64,000 bases of DNA from Clostridia bacterium (GTDB lineage Bacteria; Bacillota; Clostridia; Monoglobales; Monoglobaceae). The translations under genes were made by a program, and so were the position numbers. The number at the start of each line of letters is the position of its first letter. The stretch's first letter is position 1. Of this stretch, positions 56,026 through 64,000 are shown piece by piece. The stretch spans positions 25,178-89,177 of the forward strand of contig CAAGHZ010000001.1 in the NCBI GenBank assembly GCA_900769795.1. The letters run 5' to 3'. The notes under the pieces are model-generated. The model worked only from the letters and a program-made list of their open reading frames with translations. It ran no database searches and was not told the DNA's origin.

Positions 56026-57068
56026 TACTTATTTCCTCCCTTTTCAAGAGTCTCCCATATTCCTGCCATGTACATAGCTCCGAGAGCTCTGTCATAAAGG
56101 CCGTAGCCGGGCTTGCCTGTCTCGCCCCATATCATTCTTCCGTGGTCAGGGCGCAAATATCCCTTAAACCCTGTCTCGTGATACGCCTTTAAAATCTCCA
56201 CCACGTCAAGAGAGCCGCACTCACTGAGATGTCCGCTCTCTTCAAACGAGCCATCATCTAAAATCTTTATATTTCTTACGTGGGCAAAGTGAATTCTGCC
56301 CATAGCACCGTATTTTTTTACCATGGCAGTATAGTCATTAAACTTTGCACAACCGAGGCTTCCGCTGCACAATGTGAGTCCATGGTGGACATCATCATAC
56401 AGCGACAAAAATCTGTCTATATTTTCTTCTGTTGTAATGATTCTCGGAATCCCAAAAATTGGCCAGGGCGGATCATCCGGATGTATAGCCATGTTAACAT
56501 CGCACTCCGCTGCAACGGGAATAATCTCTTTTATAAAATACTCAAGATTACTCCACAGGCCTTCTTCGCCTATTTCCTTATACTTATCTATCAAACCGCT
56601 CATCTCGTCAGGAGTGTAAGAAGCATCCCAACCGGGAAGAGTCATCTTTGTCGGGTCCATCTTATCTACATCACCCTTATAGTATACAAGAGCATTAGAA
56701 CCATCAGGAAGCGGTTGATCAAGACGGGAGCGTGTCCAGTCAAATACGGGCATGAAGTTATAGCAAATACACTTAACCCCCGCCTTGGCAAGACGACGGA
56801 TGTTTTCCTTGTAGTTATCAATATAGCGTTGATAGTCACCCTGTCTGAGTTTTATATCCTCATGGACGGGCACACTCTCTATTACTTCCATCTCAAGGCC
56901 CTTGGCATTTACCTCCGCCTTCATTCTATCTATCTCTTCCTGTGACCACACTTCGCCAACAGGGACAGAATAAACAGCAGTTACTACCCCCGACACACAA
57001 GGGATTTGTCTGATTTTGCTAAGTGTTACGGGATCGTCATCTCCGTACCACCTGAAAGTCATTTTCAC
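56025..57068 (-). CDS. uxuA: Mannonate dehydratase family protein
   Basis: 347 aa. The N-terminus MKMTFRWYGDDDPV is characteristic of UxuA. Confidence 0.9.
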   Translation of the reverse strand: MKMTFRWYGDDDPVTLSKIRQIPCVSGVVTAVYSVPVGEVWSQEEIDRMKAEVNAKGLEMEVIESVPVHEDIKLRQGDYQRYIDNYKENIRRLAKAGVKCICYNFMPVFDWTRSRLDQPLPDGSNALVYYKGDVDKMDPTKMTLPGWDASYTPDEMSGLIDKYKEIGEEGLWSNLEYFIKEIIPVAAECDVNMAIHPDDPPWPIFGIPRIITTEENIDRFLSLYDDVHHGLTLCSGSLGCAKFNDYTAMVKKYGAMGRIHFAHVRNIKILDDGSFEESGHLSECGSLDVVEILKAYHETGFKGYLRPDHGRMIWGETGKPGYGLYDRALGAMYMAGIWETLEKGGNK

Positions 57069-57111
57069 TTGTCATCACTCCAATCTTATCTTTTGTTTGC
57101 TAAAATACATC

Positions 57112-57888
57112 TTAATAAAAACCTTTTGTTTTTAAGAAATCATAACTTTGCTTCAGCGACTCAAATGGGTCATCATTTACCCAGTCGCTGTCCTGCTCTA
57201 CCATCGCCCACTCGGAACCGGCCTCCTCGCAGGCAGCGATGATTCCATCCCAATCAAGATTTCCGCTGCCAATTTCTCGCATAACAGGTACGTTTCTTTT
57301 GTCAAAGTCCATGCCGCAATCCTTAAAATGTATTATCTTCGCTCTCTCCCCGAGTTTACGTATGACATCAGCAGGATTTTTTCCGCCAATTTGGAGCCAG
57401 TAGACATCAACTATAAAGTTGAAAAGTTCAGGGTCTGATTCTTCAAGTATAATATCAAACATGGTTTTTCCGTCAATTTTGCCAAACTCAAAAGCATGGT
57501 TATGGTATCCAAATTGCAGTCCCTCTTTTTTTAGTTCTGCGCAAAATCTGTTGATATCATTAATAAACTGCATCAGGTTTTCCTTGTTACCGATTATAGC
57601 ATCAGGCATACAGCCAATCCCACACATATCTACGCCAAGCACCTTGTTATACTCTATAACCTCATCAAGATTATTTTTAAAATCATCAAATCTTCTGTGG
57701 GTTACAACGGTCCTTAAATCATACTTATCAAGAATGGGTCTCATTTCCCGCGCAGGCAGTCCCACACCCGAAACCTGAACAATTTTGTACCCCATATCCT
57801 TCAGTTTTTTGCATGACGCTTCAAAATCTTCAATTGTTCTAAGATGATCTCTTATGGTCATAAGTTGTGCACCAATTCTCTTATCCAT
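57112..57888 (-). CDS. Xylose-isomerase-like TIM-barrel protein (sugar phosphate isomerase/epimerase family)
   Basis: 258 aa. The pattern is typical of the AP_endonuc_2 fold (HNHAFEF, IIHFKD, WAMVEQD). A 1-nt overlap couples it to the upstream gene. Confidence 0.75.
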   Translation of the reverse strand: MDKRIGAQLMTIRDHLRTIEDFEASCKKLKDMGYKIVQVSGVGLPAREMRPILDKYDLRTVVTHRRFDDFKNNLDEVIEYNKVLGVDMCGIGCMPDAIIGNKENLMQFINDINRFCAELKKEGLQFGYHNHAFEFGKIDGKTMFDIILEESDPELFNFIVDVYWLQIGGKNPADVIRKLGERAKIIHFKDCGMDFDKRNVPVMREIGSGNLDWDGIIAACEEAGSEWAMVEQDSDWVNDDPFESLKQSYDFLKTKGFY

Positions 57889-59042
57889 TAATAAGTACCC
57901 TCCATATCCAAAACTTCTCTCTTGTCAACCTTTACAACCTTTGAGTTTTTAATCTTCTCCTGCAGAAGTTCATAGAACCTGTCATCCGGGAAATTCTTAA
58001 CATCTACCGTCTCTCCTGTCCAACTACTCAAATGTATCGCATTTGATATGGTAAGTCCAAAGATTCCTTCCTCTCCTTTGGCAATAAGTTCGCTGCCATT
58101 GAGCAGAGCATTTGTGTAGTTTTTAAGAATACCAACATGCTGCTCTCCGCCTGAGGAGTCGCATGGTATATCACAAACCCAGCACTCAGGATTGCCGCGC
58201 CTGCCCTCTGCGTTGTGAACTCTCTCGGAAATTACGTTTCTTGAGAAAGTAATTTTGTTATTCTCCACAACAACCTTACCCATATCACAAGCGATTTCAA
58301 GACGATTCGTGCCCGGTGCCTCTCCTGTCGATGTTATATACTCACCGGTTGTGCCGTTGTCATATTCAAAATAAGCCATAACATCGTCTTCTACCTCAAT
58401 GTCATAGTACTTACCATAAGATGCCTTTGCAAAAATTCTGTCAGGCATACCAAAGAGCCACTGCCACAAATCAAGTTGATGTGGGTTTTGGTTAATCAAT
58501 GTACCGCCGCCCTCATCCTTCCAGGTAGAGCGCCATGCACTACTGTCATGATACGCCTGCGGTCTGTACCACGTTGTGATAATCCAAGTTACTCTCTTTA
58601 TATGACCAAGGTCGCCTCTTTTTATCATCTCTCTGAGTTTTTGATATACAGGATTTGTTCTCTGGTTGTACATAATACCAAAAAGTTTATCTGACTTTGC
58701 CGCCGCCTCGTTCATCTCTTTTACCTGCTTTGTATATACGCCTGCAGGCTTTTCAACTAAAACATTAAGTCCGTAATCAAAAGCCATCATTGCAAGAGAC
58801 GGATGGTCATAGTGCGGCACCGCAATAAGAATCATATCGCAAAGTCCGCTTTTGTACATCTCTTCTGCGTTTTCAAAAATACCTATATTCGGATATTTTT
58901 CCGCCGCATCCTTTCGTCTGTCTTCACACGTGTCGCATATAGCCGCAAGTTCCATCTTCGGTACCATTCCGTCATATATTTTTCTTGCATGGATAGTACC
59001 CATATTTCCAAATCCGATTATGCCTATTCTTACCTTTTCCAT
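57888..59042 (-). CDS. Gfo/Idh/MocA-family NAD(P)-dependent oxidoreductase
   Basis: 384 aa. Rossmann start RIGIIGFGNMG and the EKP motif VLVEKPAG. Confidence 0.85.
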   Translation of the reverse strand: MEKVRIGIIGFGNMGTIHARKIYDGMVPKMELAAICDTCEDRRKDAAEKYPNIGIFENAEEMYKSGLCDMILIAVPHYDHPSLAMMAFDYGLNVLVEKPAGVYTKQVKEMNEAAAKSDKLFGIMYNQRTNPVYQKLREMIKRGDLGHIKRVTWIITTWYRPQAYHDSSAWRSTWKDEGGGTLINQNPHQLDLWQWLFGMPDRIFAKASYGKYYDIEVEDDVMAYFEYDNGTTGEYITSTGEAPGTNRLEIACDMGKVVVENNKITFSRNVISERVHNAEGRRGNPECWVCDIPCDSSGGEQHVGILKNYTNALLNGSELIAKGEEGIFGLTISNAIHLSSWTGETVDVKNFPDDRFYELLQEKIKNSKVVKVDKREVLDMEGTY

Positions 59043-59044
59043 TT

Positions 59045-59902
59045 TTATTCCACTCCTATTCTTTCTACTATTTTACAGAGCGCATTGTATGCTATTTCAA
59101 AAGTCCCCTCTCCACTCTTTGGAAGACTCATCATTTCATCGCCAAGTTCTAAATCCGCAAGCCCCTCAAACGACCCGAGATGTGGCTCAAGGCTTAAGTA
59201 TCCGCGATAACCTTTTTCAAAAAGATCTGTCAGAATATATTCTACATTTCCGTCTCCCATACCTGCAGGAACAACTCTGCCACTCTCGCAATAAGCATCT
59301 TTTATATGCATATACTCTATATATTTATATAGCATATCATAAGCCTTCTTAGTATCTACTCCGCTTTGAACAAAGTTGGCAGGGTCAAATACTGCCTTAA
59401 AGTTATCGCAATAAAGTCTCTCCATCAGTTCTAGGCAATTTTCTGCCGACTCACCATAGATGTCCTTTTCGTTTTCGTGCAGAAGAATAATTCCCTCCGC
59501 TTTTGCGTACTCAATCATTCTGCCAAGTTTTTCAAAAATCTGTCGTATGTCATCCTCGCTCCAGTTTCCCTTTTCATCAGGATAAAAACTGAATATTCGT
59601 ATATATTCAGCGCCTATAATTTTTGCAACCTTTACAGTGTTTTTAAAAACTTCAAAATGGCTTTCAAAATCACCCGATATCTTTATCTTACCAATCGGTG
59701 ATCCCACAGATGACACCTCAATCCCATGCTTATCCATCTTCTCTTTAAGGGCATGTGCTTCTTCTTCTGTGAACTCCGAAATATTCTTGCCATCAACAAA
59801 TCTCGGCTCAAAGTATTTTATACCAAGTTTGTTTAAGACCTCAAACTGTTTATCCACCATTTTATCAATCTCGTCCGCGAATCCGCTTATGTATCTGTAC
59901 AT
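59045..59902 (-). CDS. Xylose-isomerase-like TIM-barrel protein (second paralogous fold member)
   Basis: About 285 aa. Motifs LLHENE, YMHIKD and YLSLEPH. The ATG at 59902 lies 6 nt after GAGGAGAG. Confidence 0.75.
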   Translation of the reverse strand: MYRYISGFADEIDKMVDKQFEVLNKLGIKYFEPRFVDGKNISEFTEEEAHALKEKMDKHGIEVSSVGSPIGKIKISGDFESHFEVFKNTVKVAKIIGAEYIRIFSFYPDEKGNWSEDDIRQIFEKLGRMIEYAKAEGIILLHENEKDIYGESAENCLELMERLYCDNFKAVFDPANFVQSGVDTKKAYDMLYKYIEYMHIKDAYCESGRVVPAGMGDGNVEYILTDLFEKGYRGYLSLEPHLGSFEGLADLELGDEMMSLPKSGEGTFEIAYNALCKIVERIGVE

Positions 59903-59918
59903 CACATTCTCTCCTCTC

Positions 59919-59935
59919 TATAATCACGTACAGTA
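59919..59935 (+). promoter_or_regulatory. Operator-like motif copy 1 (TATAATCACGT-ACAGTA)
   Basis: The 11-nt core is identical to the copy at 60009. It lies in the 5' UTR of the minus-strand operon. Confidence 0.35.
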
Positions 59936-59937
59936 TA

Positions 59938-59965
59938 ATTATATCGCAAATTTTTATATTTTCAA
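59938..59965 (-). promoter_or_regulatory. Promoter of the six-gene locus B operon
   Basis: On the minus strand: TTGAAA, a 16-nt spacer, then TATAAT. Confidence 0.5.
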
Positions 59966-59985
59966 CACTTTTTTTGTCTCAGATA

Positions 59986-60014
59986 TTGCATATCTTGCTC
60001 TTTTGTGATATAAT
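59986..60014 (+). promoter_or_regulatory. Near-consensus promoter of the locus B AraC gene
   Basis: TTGCAT, a 17-nt spacer, then TG-A-TATAAT. Confidence 0.6.
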
Positions 60015-60030
60015 CACGTCAATTACAGTA
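60009..60030 (+). promoter_or_regulatory. Operator-like motif copy 2 (TATAATCACGT-CAATT-ACAGTA)
   Basis: It has the same 11-nt core plus ACAGTA, sits 90 bp from copy 1, and overlaps the -10 of the AraC promoter. Confidence 0.35.
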
Positions 60031-60045
60031 AGGAGGTGATATCAG

Positions 60046-60819
60046 ATGCCTTTATATTCAGCAGAAGAGTCCATGGTAGAGCACAGCAACAACTCTCGTT
60101 ATTTTTTGCATACCCATCAGGAATACGAAATTTTCATGTTTCTTGAGGGTGATTCTGAATATGTTATAGAGGAAAAAACCTACCCTTTGGAGAGCGGCGA
60201 TATCATTATTATCCGAAAAAACAAAATGCACAGGATATTTCATAATTCATCATCAAGATATCACCGCATCTGCCTTATGATTTCTCCTGATTTTTTTGCG
60301 GAGAAAAACTGCCCCGAGTACGAAGACGTTTTTATTAACGCCCCCGATGACAGAGGCAGTAAAATAGATGCCCGTATCGCACACGAAAGCGGTCTTTATG
60401 ACGCGATTAACAGACTTAAAAAATACTCGGATAATTTCAAAAACATGTACACACCTCTTTGTGATGCCGTTGTCACGGAGATTCTATACATCATAAATAA
60501 GGCAGTAAGTTTCTCTGCCCCAAAGCAGGCCAATCACCACATAAACAAGGTTATCTCCCACATTAACTCAGCATTTACCCAAAAGATAACTCTTGATGAA
60601 CTGTCCGAGAAATTTTTTATTTCAAAATATCATTTGTGCAGACTCTTCAAGCAGGCAACGGGGCTTACCATCCACGACTACATAAAGAACAAGAGAGTCG
60701 CCCTCGCCGAGGATCTTATCAGTAAGGGCTACAATATGACAGAGGCAGCTGCACTATCAGGCTTTAGTGATTATGCAGCCTTTTACCGCGCAAAAAAATC
60801 TAAAACAACCGAAAAGTAA
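60046..60819 (+). CDS. AraC-family transcriptional regulator
   Basis: 257 aa. Cupin-like N-terminus (HTHQEYEIFMFLEG) and a C-terminal HTH (LSGFSDYAAFYRAKK). It is divergent from the operon. Confidence 0.85.
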   Translation: MPLYSAEESMVEHSNNSRYFLHTHQEYEIFMFLEGDSEYVIEEKTYPLESGDIIIIRKNKMHRIFHNSSSRYHRICLMISPDFFAEKNCPEYEDVFINAPDDRGSKIDARIAHESGLYDAINRLKKYSDNFKNMYTPLCDAVVTEILYIINKAVSFSAPKQANHHINKVISHINSAFTQKITLDELSEKFFISKYHLCRLFKQATGLTIHDYIKNKRVALAEDLISKGYNMTEAAALSGFSDYAAFYRAKKSKTTEK

Positions 60820-60847
60820 AACATTTATATAAAAACCCAAATAATTC

Positions 60848-60876
60848 TTTACAAATCAGCATTTATATTATATAAT
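60848..60876 (+). promoter_or_regulatory. Sigma-A-type promoter for ileS
   Basis: TTTACA, a 17-nt spacer, then TATAAT, about 40 nt before the ATG. Confidence 0.6.
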
Positions 60877-60915
60877 AAATAAGTATGTAAACTTATAGAA
60901 AATGGAGGTTTTTCT

Positions 60916-63900
60916 ATGTATCGCAAGGTATCGACAGATCTTTCTTTTGTAGAGCAGGAGAAAAAGATTGTAGATTTCTGGAAAGAAAATGACATATTCA
61001 AAAAAAGTATAGAGAATCGTGAAGATGGAGAGATATTCACATTCTTTGACGGCCCTCCGACCGCCAATGGCAAACCTCACATCGGTCACGTTTTAACCCG
61101 TGCAATAAAGGACCTGATTCCACGTTATCGCACAATGAAGGGCTATAAGGTACTTCGTAAAGCAGGTTGGGACACACATGGTCTCCCGGTTGAACTCGAG
61201 GTTGAGAAGGCTCTCGGCATCAGCGGTAAGCCTGAAATCGAGAAGTATGGTATTGAAGATTTTATCAAAAAGTGCAAGGACAGTGTATTTACTTATCAGA
61301 GCGAATGGGAAGAAATGAGTGACCGTGTCGGCTTCTGGGCTGATATGGATGACCCATATGTTACCTATCACAACAACTATATTGAGTCTGTTTGGTGGGC
61401 GCTCCGTCAGATTTGGGATAAAGACCTTTTATACAAAGGCCACAAGATTATGCCATACTGTCCTCGTTGCGGAACCTCTCTTTCGAGCCACGAGGTTGCA
61501 CAGGGATACAAGGACGTAAAGGAAAATTCTCTTATTGCCAAATTCCCTGTAAAGGGCGCAGACAATGAGTTTATCCTCGCATGGACAACCACACCCTGGA
61601 CACTTCCGTCAAACATTGCTCTTTGCGTAAACCCATTTGAAAAGTATGTTAAGTTCACCGCGCAGGACGGCACAAAATATATTATGGCAGAGGCTCTTAT
61701 CAAATCAGTCTTTGGCGACGAAGAAGTCGAAATCACCGACACCTATGTTGGCGATGACTTAGTTGGTCTTGAATATGTACCTCTCTACAACTTTATCGAG
61801 CCTGACGGAAAGGCGCACTATATTGTATCCGATACCTATGTTACAATGGACGATGGTACAGGTATAGTTCACATTGCACCTGCATTTGGTGAGGATGACT
61901 CACGCGTGTGCAAGGACAAGGGTCTGCCATTTATCAATCACGTTAACCTTCAGGGTAACTTTGTAGAAGCAACAGGCGAGTGGAGCGGCGTATTCGTAAA
62001 GGATGCCGACAAGCTTGTTATCCGCGACCTTAAAGAGAGAAATCAGTGCTTCTCGGTTATCCCCTTTGAGCACAGTTATCCTTTCTGCTGGAGATGTGAT
62101 ACTCCGCTTCTTTACTACGCATGCGACACATGGTTTATCAAGATGACCGCAGTTCGCGACAGACTTCTTGCCAACAACGAAAAGGTGAACTGGCTGCCTG
62201 ATAACATCAAGCACGGCCGTTTTGGTAACTTCCTTGAAAATATTATTGACTGGGGTCTCTCCCGTACACGTTATTGGGGCACACCACTTCCTATCTGGGA
62301 ATGTTCTTGCGGTCACAAGCATGTTGTAGGCTCTATTGCAGAACTTAAAGAAATGGGCATTAACTGTCCCGATGATATTGAACTTCACAAGCCATATGTT
62401 GACAACGTACTCTTAAAGTGCGAAAAGTGTGGCGGCGAGATGAAGCGTGTACCTGAGGTTATTGACTGTTGGTTCGACTCAGGCTCTATGCCTTTTGCAC
62501 AGTGGCACTATCCATTTGAAAACAAAGACAAGTTTGAGCAGAACTTCCCTGCAGACTTTATCAGCGAAGCAATTGACCAGACCCGTGGATGGTTCTATAC
62601 CCTTATGGCAATTTCTACATTACTTTTTGACGATGCGCCATATAAGAATGTAGTTGTTCTCGGTCACGTTCAGGACGACAAGGGTATAAAGATGAGCAAG
62701 CACAAGGGCAACGTAATTCTGCCTATGGATATACTCAACGACCAGGGCAGTGACGCAGTAAGATGGTACTTCTATTCAAACTCTGCACCATGGCTCCCTA
62801 ACCGTTTCTCTGCAAAGAACGTATCAGAGTCACAGCGTAAGTTCCTCGGCACACTCTGGAACACTTATGCATTCTATGTGCTCTATGCAAACATAGACAA
62901 ATTTGACCCGACAAAATACAGTCTTGACACTAACAAGCTCACCGTTCTTGATAAATGGATTTTATCAAAGCTCAACAACCTCATTAAAGTTGTTGACAAC
63001 TACCTCGAAAATTACAAGATTACCGAGGCAACCCGTGCAATGACAGACTTTGTAGATGAACTCAGTAACTGGTATGTTCGCCGTAGCCGTACAAGATTCT
63101 GGGCAAGCGAGCTTACAGACGATAAGATTTGCGCATATATGACACTTTACACCGTTTTGGTTGAGTTCTCAAAACTCTGTGCACCATTTATCCCATTTAT
63201 GACAGAAGAGATTTACAACAACCTCGTTGTTTCTGTTGACAAGAACGCTCCACAGAGTGTTCACATGTGTGACTTCCCTAAATACAATGAGGAACTTAAC
63301 TTCCCTGAAATCGAGGCAGATATGGATGCAATCGCAAAGATTGTAAACCTTGGTCGTGCCGCAAGAAACGAGGCAAACATCAAGAACAGGCAGCCACTTT
63401 CTAAGGTATTTGTTCAGGCTGAGTCAGAAATCAACAAGGCTTATGCGGATATTATTCTTGAAGAACTTAACATCAAGGATGTTGAATTTACAAATGATGC
63501 TTCATCCTTTATCAGTTATAGCTTCAAGCCACAGATGCGTACAATGGGACCAAAGTATGGCAAACTTATGCGCCCCATCTTTGATGCAATTGGAACAATG
63601 GATTCAGTCGAGGTTATGGCAACTCTCAATAGCGGAGAGGCACTTAAACTCACTGTTGATGGCACAGATGTAGAAATCTTTAAAGAAGACGTACTTGTAG
63701 ACACTCAGCAGAAAGACGGCTTTGTTGCATCTGCAGACAACGGCTTTACTGTTGTTCTTGACACAAATCTTACAGATGCACTTATTGAAGAAGGATATGT
63801 CCGTGAGATTATAAGTAAGATTCAGACAATGCGTAAAGACAGTGGCTTTGAGGTTACTGATAAAATTTCAGTAGGCTTTAGCGGAAGCGATAAGATTGCA

Positions 63901-64000
63901 GAAATCATGGCAGCAAATAACGCCGAGATAAAAGCGCAGACCCTTGCAGAGACCATTTCTCCAGGATGTTGCGAAAGTGCAAAGGAATGGAACATCAACG
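60916..64000 (+). CDS. ileS: Isoleucine-tRNA ligase, type 2 (partial; runs off the right edge)
   Basis: Not in the ORF track because no stop occurs in the window. GGAGG lies 7 nt before the ATG at 60916. The translation reads MYRKVSTDLSFVEQEKKIVDFWKEN, with an HIGH region PPTANGKPHIGHV and KMSKS as KMSKHKGN near 62690. Confidence 0.95.
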   Translation, partial: MYRKVSTDLSFVEQEKKIVDFWKENDIFKKSIENREDGEIFTFFDGPPTANGKPHIGHVLTRAIKDLIPRYRTMKGYKVLRKAGWDTHGLPVELEVEKALGISGKPEIEKYGIEDFIKKCKDSVFTYQSEWEEMSDRVGFWADMDDPYVTYHNNYIESVWWALRQIWDKDLLYKGHKIMPYCPRCGTSLSSHEVAQGYKDVKENSLIAKFPVKGADNEFILAWTTTPWTLPSNIALCVNPFEKYVKFTAQDGTKYIMAEALIKSVFGDEEVEITDTYVGDDLVGLEYVPLYNFIEPDGKAHYIVSDTYVTMDDGTGIVHIAPAFGEDDSRVCKDKGLPFINHVNLQGNFVEATGEWSGVFVKDADKLVIRDLKERNQCFSVIPFEHSYPFCWRCDTPLLYYACDTWFIKMTAVRDRLLANNEKVNWLPDNIKHGRFGNFLENIIDWGLSRTRYWGTPLPIWECSCGHKHVVGSIAELKEMGINCPDDIELHKPYVDNVLLKCEKCGGEMKRVPEVIDCWFDSGSMPFAQWHYPFENKDKFEQNFPADFISEAIDQTRGWFYTLMAISTLLFDDAPYKNVVVLGHVQDDKGIKMSKHKGNVILPMDILNDQGSDAVRWYFYSNSAPWLPNRFSAKNVSESQRKFLGTLWNTYAFYVLYANIDKFDPTKYSLDTNKLTVLDKWILSKLNNLIKVVDNYLENYKITEATRAMTDFVDELSNWYVRRSRTRFWASELTDDKICAYMTLYTVLVEFSKLCAPFIPFMTEEIYNNLVVSVDKNAPQSVHMCDFPKYNEELNFPEIEADMDAIAKIVNLGRAARNEANIKNRQPLSKVFVQAESEINKAYADIILEELNIKDVEFTNDASSFISYSFKPQMRTMGPKYGKLMRPIFDAIGTMDSVEVMATLNSGEALKLTVDGTDVEIFKEDVLVDTQQKDGFVASADNGFTVVLDTNLTDALIEEGYVREIISKIQTMRKDSGFEVTDKISVGFSGSDKIAEIMAANNAEIKAQTLAETISPGCCESAKEWNIN

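Noticed and set aside
57112-59902. Direct assignment of the triad as a DgpA/DgpB/DgpC-type C-glycoside deglycosidase.
   Set aside because: As I recall, the C-C-cleaving enzyme pairs one TIM-barrel subunit with a small unrelated beta subunit. Here both partners are full TIM barrels of 258 and 285 aa. The idea is kept only as one of several hypotheses.
60820-60915. A search for a T-box or other riboswitch upstream of ileS.
   Set aside because: The spacer is only 96 nt and is fully accounted for by a promoter and ribosome-binding site. No specifier-loop or T-box consensus is present.
1-64000. A scan for CRISPR arrays, tRNA or rRNA genes, prophage or defence-system genes and tandem repeats.
   Set aside because: I saw no regularly spaced direct repeats and no tRNA-like T-arm or acceptor patterns. 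I also saw no phage structural or integrase genes and no recognisable defence gene families. The only mobile DNA seen is the IS3 remnant.

Overview
This looks like a chromosomal segment from a spore-forming Firmicute of the Clostridia type. Supporting genes are spoVT, a SpoVB/YabM-type flippase, glgBCDAP, NfnAB-like genes and a type-2 IleS. I count about 56 protein-coding genes and saw no rRNA, tRNA or CRISPR array. All family calls come from reading motifs in the supplied translations, and no searches were run.

Gene order, left to right:
- a partial unknown CDS, then mfd-pth-glmU-comF on the minus strand
- an AT-rich orphan secreted-protein gene bracketed by the two halves of a palindromic repeat
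- glgB-glgC-glgD-glgA, a terminator, then glgP
- a polar amino-acid ABC operon with a glycerol-dehydrogenase-like gene inside it
- gapA, nth, glyA-rarA
- yabO-like S4 protein, mazG and a MOP flippase
- an acyltransferase-3 gene, then spoVT preceded by an inverted dimer of the same repeat family
- rlmB-ymdB-pgeF, then an IS3 remnant
- locus A: AraC, GH29, Gfo/Idh/MocA and a DMT-like permease
- mgsA, then pbp2-mreD-mreC-mreB-maf-dut-U32-zapA
- nudix-gdhA-nfnB-nfnA, then holA with an MBL-only ComEC
- an M20 peptidase
- locus B: AraC plus a six-gene operon of TIM barrel, Gfo/Idh/MocA, TIM barrel, UxuA, SDR and GH29
- ileS, which runs off the right edge

Most of the window is ordinary housekeeping DNA. 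Four things deserve a second look:
1. The two AraC-controlled GH29/oxidoreductase loci, which match no textbook pathway.
2. The split-palindrome repeat family that brackets an orphan gene and fills the spoVT leader.
3. The alcohol-dehydrogenase-family gene translationally coupled inside an ABC importer operon.
4. Smaller oddities: the mre cluster without radC, minCDE or rodA, the PBP2 insertion, the MBL-only ComEC, and ileS with no T-box.

I did not recognise a defence system, prophage or biosynthetic cluster.
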